Below, piece after piece: positions 58,431-64,000 of a stretch of DNA of 64,000 bases. This stretch comes from Alphaproteobacteria bacterium (GTDB lineage Bacteria; Pseudomonadota; Alphaproteobacteria; GCA-2746255). Both the position numbers and the translations under genes were made by a program. The notes under the pieces were generated by a model that saw nothing but the letters and a program-made list of their open reading frames with translations, was not told the DNA's origin and did no database searches. The number at the start of each line of letters is the position of its first letter. The first letter of the stretch is position 1. The stretch covers positions 576,001 through 640,000 of the forward strand of contig OZ252220.1 in NCBI GenBank assembly GCA_965249135.1, given 5' to 3'.

Positions 58431-59774
58431 ATGTTTGAAAAAGTCCTGATCGCCAACCGCGGAGAGATCGCGCTGCGCATCCATCGTGCCTGTCACGAAA
58501 TGGGCATCAAGACGGTGGCGGTGCACTCGACGGCGGATGCGGACGCGATGCATGTGCGGCTTGCCGATGAAAGCGTCTGCATCGGCGCCCCGCCGCCGCG
58601 AGCAAGCTACATGAACGTTCCGGCGATCCTTTCGGCGGCGGCGCTGACGAACGCGTCCGCCATCCATCCGGGTTACGGCTTCCTTTCCGAAAACCCCAAC
58701 TTCGCGGAAATTATCGAGGAACACGGCTTCACCTTCATCGGGCCGACGCCGGAGCATATCCGGATGATGGGCGATAAACTTGCCGCGAAGGCGATCCTGC
58801 GCGATCTTGGGATTCCCGTCGTGCCCGGATCCGAAAAGCCCGTCGTGGGGACGGAAGAAGCGATGCGGATCGCCGAGGAAATCGGCTATCCCGTTCTCGT
58901 GAAGGCGGCTCACGGTGGCGGCGGGCGGGGGATGCAGGTCATTACCGTGCCGCAGGAGCTCGCTTCCGCCCTCGCCATGGCCCGTGCGGAGGCCCAGAAT
59001 CACTTCAAGAACGGCGCGATTTATCTCGAAAAGTATCTGGCAAGCCCCCGCCACATCGAGATTCAGATCCTCGCCGACATGCACGGCAACGTCGTTCATT
59101 TCGGTGAGCGGGACTGTTCGATCCAACGGCGCTATCAGAAGCTGCTCGAGGAAAGCCCCTCGCCCGCGCTCAACGCCGATCAGCGTGAGGAAATCGGTGC
59201 CATGGTGACGGCCGCGATGGCGTCGCTCGGCTACCGTGGCGTCGGCACGCTGGAATTCCTCTATGCGGATGGCATGTTCTACTTCATTGAGATGAACACC
59301 CGCCTCCAGGTCGAACACCCGGTTACGGAAATGCTCTCCAACGTCGATCTCGTGCGGGAACAAATCCGCATCGCCGCCGGCGCTCAACTGGGCTATCGCC
59401 AGAACGACGTCCGCCTTCAGGGGCACGCGTTGGAATGCCGGATCACGGCCGAGAATCCGATAACCTTTATCCCTTCACCGGGACGCATCAACGACTACCA
59501 TCCGCCCGGCGGTCTGGGCGTTCGGATCGATTCCGCCCTTTATGCCGGCTATGCGATCCCGCCCTACTATGACAGCCTGATCGCCAAGCTGATCGTCCAC
59601 GGCCGCAACCGGAACGAATCGCTCATGCGCCTGCGCCGCGCACTCGATGAATTCGTCATCGATGGAATCGAAACGACGATCCCCCTCTTCCAGAGCCTGA
59701 TCGCCAACAAGGACTTCGTGAATGGCACCTACGACATCCATTGGCTCGAACGCTTCGTCGGCGTCAAGGATTAG
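58431..59774 (+). CDS. accC: Biotin carboxylase
   Basis: [40 protein letters not shown]. Confidence 0.97.
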   Translation: MFEKVLIANRGEIALRIHRACHEMGIKTVAVHSTADADAMHVRLADESVCIGAPPPRASYMNVPAILSAAALTNASAIHPGYGFLSENPNFAEIIEEHGFTFIGPTPEHIRMMGDKLAAKAILRDLGIPVVPGSEKPVVGTEEAMRIAEEIGYPVLVKAAHGGGGRGMQVITVPQELASALAMARAEAQNHFKNGAIYLEKYLASPRHIEIQILADMHGNVVHFGERDCSIQRRYQKLLEESPSPALNADQREEIGAMVTAAMASLGYRGVGTLEFLYADGMFYFIEMNTRLQVEHPVTEMLSNVDLVREQIRIAAGAQLGYRQNDVRLQGHALECRITAENPITFIPSPGRINDYHPPGGLGVRIDSALYAGYAIPPYYDSLIAKLIVHGRNRNESLMRLRRALDEFVIDGIETTIPLFQSLIANKDFVNGTYDIHWLERFVGVKD

Positions 59775-59806
59775 ACGCCGCCCCTTTCGCGTGCAAAAAT
59801 CCGGGC

Positions 59807-60421
59807 ATGGAGATTCAGCCGGAACTGCTGCTGCGCACTTACGCCGCCGGAATTTTTCCGATGGCGGAACGCCGCGATTCCGCCGGCCTTTTCTGGGTGG
59901 ATCCGGAACTCCGCGGAATCTTGCCGCTGGACGGATTCCATGTGCCGAAACGGCTTCAGCGGACCCTGCAGAAACACCCCTTTCGCGTCACCTTCGATAC
60001 GACGTTCGAGGCCGTGATCCGGGCCTGCGCGGAGCCCTCGGCCGAACGGCCGGACACCTGGATCAACGACGCCATCATCGAAATCTATTGCGCCCTTCAT
60101 CGGGGAGGTTACGCCCACAGCGTCGAGTGCTGGCAGGACGAAGCGCTAGCCGGCGGGCTATATGGGGTTGCACTCGGCGGTGTCTTCTTCGGTGAAAGCA
60201 TGTTCAGCCGGGAAAAGGATGCGAGCAAGGTCGCCCTCGTCCATCTCGTCGAGCGATTGCGTGCGGGGGGGTTTACGCTTCTGGATGTCCAGTTCGTCAC
60301 CGACCACCTGCGTCAATTCGGGGCGGTGGAAATCCCCCGCGCCGAGTTCCACGCCCATCTCACGGAAGCCCTGAAAAGGTCAGGCCGCTTCCATCCGGAT
60401 GCAGACGTCCGGGCCGGCTAG
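59807..60421 (+). CDS. aat: Leucyl/phenylalanyl-tRNA--protein transferase
   Basis: [37 protein letters not shown]. Confidence 0.95.
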   Translation: MEIQPELLLRTYAAGIFPMAERRDSAGLFWVDPELRGILPLDGFHVPKRLQRTLQKHPFRVTFDTTFEAVIRACAEPSAERPDTWINDAIIEIYCALHRGGYAHSVECWQDEALAGGLYGVALGGVFFGESMFSREKDASKVALVHLVERLRAGGFTLLDVQFVTDHLRQFGAVEIPRAEFHAHLTEALKRSGRFHPDADVRAG

Positions 60422-60792
60422 TTTCCGTTCAGGCAATCGAGCACCCAGATGTCGTAGACGGGGTGTTCCAGGGCGGAAAGCGCCGGGCTCGATGCGAACA
60501 TCCAGCCACGGAACAATTTCACCGGCCCCTCGTCGGGGCGGATGTCCCGAATGACGAGATAGGCGGCACTTTCCGGTAATTCCTCCGGCGGCTTCTTGTC
60601 GCAGGCAAGCGCCGTGATTTCGAGGGAGCCAAAACGCACCGCCTTGTCGATGGGGGCTTCGATCGTCGAGACGCGGGCGGTGATCTTGTCGAGCCCCTGA
60701 AGAACGACGCCGTTCGCACCGAAGGCGGTGCTCGGCGCAAGCAATAGGCTTAGGCAAACGAGGCCGATGGGGTGGAATCGAGCTAAGGACAT
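60418..60792 (-). CDS. DUF2155 family secreted protein
   Basis: [32 protein letters not shown]. Confidence 0.85.
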   Translation of the reverse strand: MSLARFHPIGLVCLSLLLAPSTAFGANGVVLQGLDKITARVSTIEAPIDKAVRFGSLEITALACDKKPPEELPESAAYLVIRDIRPDEGPVKLFRGWMFASSPALSALEHPVYDIWVLDCLNGN

Positions 60793-60896
60793 GCCTCAGG
60801 ATTCTCGTCTAATCTATTGATTTCTAGAAACAAGTGTGCGGCTTTCCGCAACCCATCCTGCGGGGGGCGAAGGACGAAAAGCCGGCCGGCGCCTTA

Positions 60897-61355
60897 CTAG
60901 TCCCCCTGCTGGGAGATCCGGGAGATCGCCTCCCCGATGATCCGCTCAAGGCCATAGGCCATCTGGGTAATGATGATCTCGTCGCCGGGCTCGAGATAGC
61001 TATCGTCGCCGCCCGGATGAAGGGCCAGATATTTGCCGCCAAGGAGGCTCTCGGAGACCACCTCGGCAATCGTATCGGAAGAGAGCTTGATCCCGCCCTC
61101 CACGTTCCAGCGAACGATCGCCTGGTTGGTTTCTTCATCCAGTTTCCGTTCGAGCACCGTGCCGACCTTGATGCCGCTGATCGTGACCTCGTCCCCCGTC
61201 TGCAGACCATCCATCCGATCGAAGGCGCCCCATAGCTCGTAATAGCCGGTGGTTTGGATGTCCGCACCTGTGTAGCGGTAAGCAAAAATCACGAACAGGG
61301 CCGCCACGATCAGCACGACGCCGCCCATCACCGTTTCCACCACGTTTTTGCGCAT
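60897..61355 (-). CDS. mlaD: MCE/MlaD family protein (copy 2)
   Basis: ET.MG TM anchor, FDRMDGL..G..V.ISGIKVG, SESLLGGKYL. Confidence 0.88.
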   Translation of the reverse strand: MRKNVVETVMGGVVLIVAALFVIFAYRYTGADIQTTGYYELWGAFDRMDGLQTGDEVTISGIKVGTVLERKLDEETNQAIVRWNVEGGIKLSSDTIAEVVSESLLGGKYLALHPGGDDSYLEPGDEIIITQMAYGLERIIGEAISRISQQGD

Positions 61356-61404
61356 GCTCTTAAGCTCTCCCGTTTCCGTGTGCCGTCGGGCCCCGATAGG
61401 CGCC

Positions 61405-61863
61405 TTATTCCTCGATCTCTGGCTTGCTGAAGATCGCCTCGCCGATCAGCCGCTCGATGCTGAAGGCCGAGAGCGTGCGCCGAACCCGATCGCCGTCGGC
61501 AAGATAGGCATCGCCGCTGCCAGGGTGGATGGCCAGGTACATGCCACCGAGCAGGCTCTCGGAAACGATCTCCGCTTCGCTGCTCGTCGCGAGCTTGACC
61601 CCATCCCGGATGGTCCAGCGAATGCGGGCGAGGAAGGTTTTCTTATCGATCTCCAACTCGCTGACCGTGCCGACCTTGATGCCGGCAACCGTGACGTCAT
61701 CGCCGACCTTAAGCCCGTCCACCCGGTCGAATCTAGCCCAGAGTTCGTAGTGCTCGCCGGCATCGACGGCCGCGTCGGTGAAGGTGTAGGCAAAAGCGAG
61801 AAACAGGGCCGCCACGATCAGCACGACGCCGCCCATCACCGTTTCCACCACGTTCTTGCGCAT
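61405..61863 (-). CDS. mlaD: MCE/MlaD family protein (copy 1)
   Basis: Same TM anchor, FDRVDGLKVG.DV.VAGIKVG, SESLLGGMYL. Confidence 0.88.
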   Translation of the reverse strand: MRKNVVETVMGGVVLIVAALFLAFAYTFTDAAVDAGEHYELWARFDRVDGLKVGDDVTVAGIKVGTVSELEIDKKTFLARIRWTIRDGVKLATSSEAEIVSESLLGGMYLAIHPGSGDAYLADGDRVRRTLSAFSIERLIGEAIFSKPEIEE

Positions 61864-61894
61864 GCTTAAGCTCTCCCTATTCCTTGTCCCGGCC

Positions 61895-62242
61895 TCAGTT
61901 GGGCCGCCAGGCCTCATAGTCCTCCGGTGCCCCGGCGCCCTTCTCAAGCGCGCCGGGCGGGCGATAGGCCTGGGACGTTCCGGTCGGATTCGCCACGTGT
62001 TCCTTCTGCCAGGCGGCCTGCGTCGTCGACTTCCTGAAGGGTGGCTCATCGATCGTGTGACTGAGCCAGGCATGCCACATCGGCGGCACCTTCGATCCTT
62101 CGACCGTTCCCTTGTATGCCACCCAGCGACGTTCGCGCCGCGTGTTGTCGTGCCGCTTCATTCGGTAGTAGCGGTTGCCGAATTCATCCTTGCCGACGAA
62201 TCGGCCGCGAAAAACTGTAAGAAGCCAAGTTCCGAGTGTCAT
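61895..62242 (-). CDS. NADH:ubiquinone oxidoreductase NDUFA12-like subunit
   Basis: VGKDEFGNRYY, RRWV.Y, VPPMWHAWL, NPTGT..AYRP, YEAWRP. Confidence 0.92.
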   Translation of the reverse strand: MTLGTWLLTVFRGRFVGKDEFGNRYYRMKRHDNTRRERRWVAYKGTVEGSKVPPMWHAWLSHTIDEPPFRKSTTQAAWQKEHVANPTGTSQAYRPPGALEKGAGAPEDYEAWRPN

Positions 62243-62439
62243 GGATCAGGTCATCCGTCTCAAGGCAACGCATCGGGCGATGAAGGCCGAGAATATATGG
62301 CATCGGACGTCCCGGTCGTCCAGCCCCTCAGCCGAAACGGCCGATGCCCCTCTCCCGGCCCCTCTCCCGGGACGGGGGCGAGCATTCTTATCATGAAACC
62401 CCTTGTTTTTTCTTACTGCCACTTTTTTTCTTGCGTATC

Positions 62440-62504
62440 CCACAAGATATAGTATTTTCGGCAACCCTTGGGGGGCTCGTCTTAAATTTACACAAGATAT
62501 AGCA
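62440..62504 (+). promoter_or_regulatory. Tandem NrdR boxes
   Basis: CACAAGATATAG at 62441 and 62491 matches the acaCwAtATaTwGtg consensus, directly upstream of a ribonucleotide reductase. Confidence 0.82.
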
Positions 62505-62537
62505 TGCGAGCGTCCCCTTGCGAACGTTGGGGGAGTC

Positions 62538-64000
62538 ATGCGGGTTTCGCGGCGCTACACGACAGAGGACACGTCCCCTTATGCGGACGTCGTCTTCCGG
62601 AAGACGGCGAGTGAGATTCGCAATCCAGATGGCTCCATCGTTTTCCAACTCGACGGCGCCGAGGTTCCGGAAAGCTGGTCGCAGGTTGCCTGCGACATCA
62701 TCGCCCAGAAATATTTTCGCAAGGCCGGCATTCCCGCACGGCTAAAGCCGGTGCCCGAGAAGGACGTGCCGGAATGGCTGTGGCGGCACGAGCCGGACAA
62801 GGCGGCGCTCGTCGAGCTCCCCGAACACCAGCGCTATAGGGGCGAAAGGAGCGTCTGCCAAGTCGTCGACCGGCTCGCCGGCACCTGGGCCTATTGGGGC
62901 TGGAAAGGCGGCTACTTCGATTCGGAAGCCGATGCGAAGGCCTATTTCGATGAGATGCGCTACATGCTCTGCAGCCAGATGGGCGCTCCGAATTCGCCCC
63001 AATGGTTCAACACGGGTCTGCACTGGGCCTATGGAATCGATGGCCCGGCCCAGGGCCATTACTACGTCGACTTCGAGAGCGGTGAGCTCACCGCATCGGC
63101 GTCGGCCTACGAGCATCCGCAGCCCCACGCCTGTTTCATTCAGAGCGTCAATGACGACCTCGTCAACGAAGGCGGCATCATGGATCTCTGGGTGCGTGAG
63201 GCACGGCTTTTCAAATACGGTTCTGGCACCGGCAGCAACTTCTCGAAACTGCGTGGCGAGGACGAGGCGTTGTCCGGAGGCGGCAAGTCGTCTGGCCTGA
63301 TGAGCTTCCTCAAGATCGGCGACCGGGCGGCGGGTGCCATCAAGTCCGGCGGCACGACCCGGCGCGCCGCCAAGATGGTGACGGTCGACATCGACCATCC
63401 GGACATCGAGGCCTACATCAACTGGAAGACGAAGGAAGAGCAGAAGGTCGCCGCCCTCGTCGCAGGCTCGAAGCTTTGCAACCGCCATCTGAACGCGATT
63501 ATCCGCGCCTGCGCCATGGACTCGGAAGCTGGCGATGCCCGCTTCGACCCGAAGGCCAACCGACGCCTGCGCGAGGCGATCCGGAAGGCGCGCAAGGCGT
63601 TGATCCCGCACAACTATATCCAGCGTGTCATCCATTTCGCGAAACAGGGCTACACGGAAATCCGGTTCGAAACCTACGACACGGACTGGCAGTCCGACGC
63701 CTATACGACCGTGTCGGGACAGAACTCGAACAATTCCGTCCGCCTCACGAACGCCTTCATGGAACAAGTGCTGGCCGACGGCGAATGGCATCTCATGCGG
63801 CGGACGGACGGGAAATGTCAAAAGACGGTCCGCGCCACCGAGCTTTGGGAGCAGATCGCCTACGCCGCCTGGTCCTGCGCCGATCCGGGCTTGCAGTTCG
63901 ATACGACGATCAACGACTGGCACACCTGTCCGGCAAGCGGTCGCATCAATGCCTCGAACCCGTGTTCGGAATACATGTTCCTGGACGACACGGCGTGCAA
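62538..64000 (+). CDS. nrdJ: Class II (vitamin B12-dependent) ribonucleotide reductase, 3' truncated by the window
   Basis: MRVSRRYT..., WSQVACDIIAQKYFRKAG, PNSPQWFNTG, PHACFI, GGTTRRAAKM, thiyl-radical motif NPCSE; absent from the ORF track because it has no stop in the window. Confidence 0.95.
   Translation, partial: MRVSRRYTTEDTSPYADVVFRKTASEIRNPDGSIVFQLDGAEVPESWSQVACDIIAQKYFRKAGIPARLKPVPEKDVPEWLWRHEPDKAALVELPEHQRYRGERSVCQVVDRLAGTWAYWGWKGGYFDSEADAKAYFDEMRYMLCSQMGAPNSPQWFNTGLHWAYGIDGPAQGHYYVDFESGELTASASAYEHPQPHACFIQSVNDDLVNEGGIMDLWVREARLFKYGSGTGSNFSKLRGEDEALSGGGKSSGLMSFLKIGDRAAGAIKSGGTTRRAAKMVTVDIDHPDIEAYINWKTKEEQKVAALVAGSKLCNRHLNAIIRACAMDSEAGDARFDPKANRRLREAIRKARKALIPHNYIQRVIHFAKQGYTEIRFETYDTDWQSDAYTTVSGQNSNNSVRLTNAFMEQVLADGEWHLMRRTDGKCQKTVRATELWEQIAYAAWSCADPGLQFDTTINDWHTCPASGRINASNPCSEYMFLDDTAC

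Noticed and set aside
62346-62382. CCCCTCTCCCGG x2 with a short hairpin, REP-like
   Set aside because: Single degenerate occurrence in the window; cannot establish a repeat family
62538-64000. Intein or intron in nrdJ
   Set aside because: Translation is continuous with normal motif spacing up to NPCSE; no insertion visible in the windowed part

Overview
GC-rich alphaproteobacterial chromosome segment, most like Rhodospirillales-type lineages (tRNA-His keeps G-1:C73; glnB-glnA, parE, cysE-iscR-iscS, anmK/tyrS, glnE-bcp, prfB, PBP1A-amiC/rne, aroQ-accB-accC-aat and NDUFA12-mlaD/nrdJ gene blocks). It holds about 60 CDSs, mostly core housekeeping, plus tRNA-His, elongator tRNA-Met and the canonical prfB +1 frameshift. 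Regulatory sites readable from the sequence include sigma54/NtrC (glnB), IscR type 1 (cysE-isc) and tandem NrdR boxes (nrdJ). I found no CRISPR array, integrase, transposase or prophage. The best leads are: a structured, terminator-ended candidate ncRNA between two convergent genes (7930-8210); a COQ8/UbiB-type kinase flanked by two COQ9/TetR-fold genes next to hpnB; an AT-rich one-gene islet at the tRNA-Met 3' end with a degenerate att-like repeat; a TonB/TolA-like-anchored Sel1 gene broken at an A6 tract; a scaffold-less isc operon coupled to a CxxC-type MnmA; an RNase E lacking the GWW motif; and tandem mlaD paralogues with near-identical 5' ends. All product calls come from motif recognition by eye; no database search was run.
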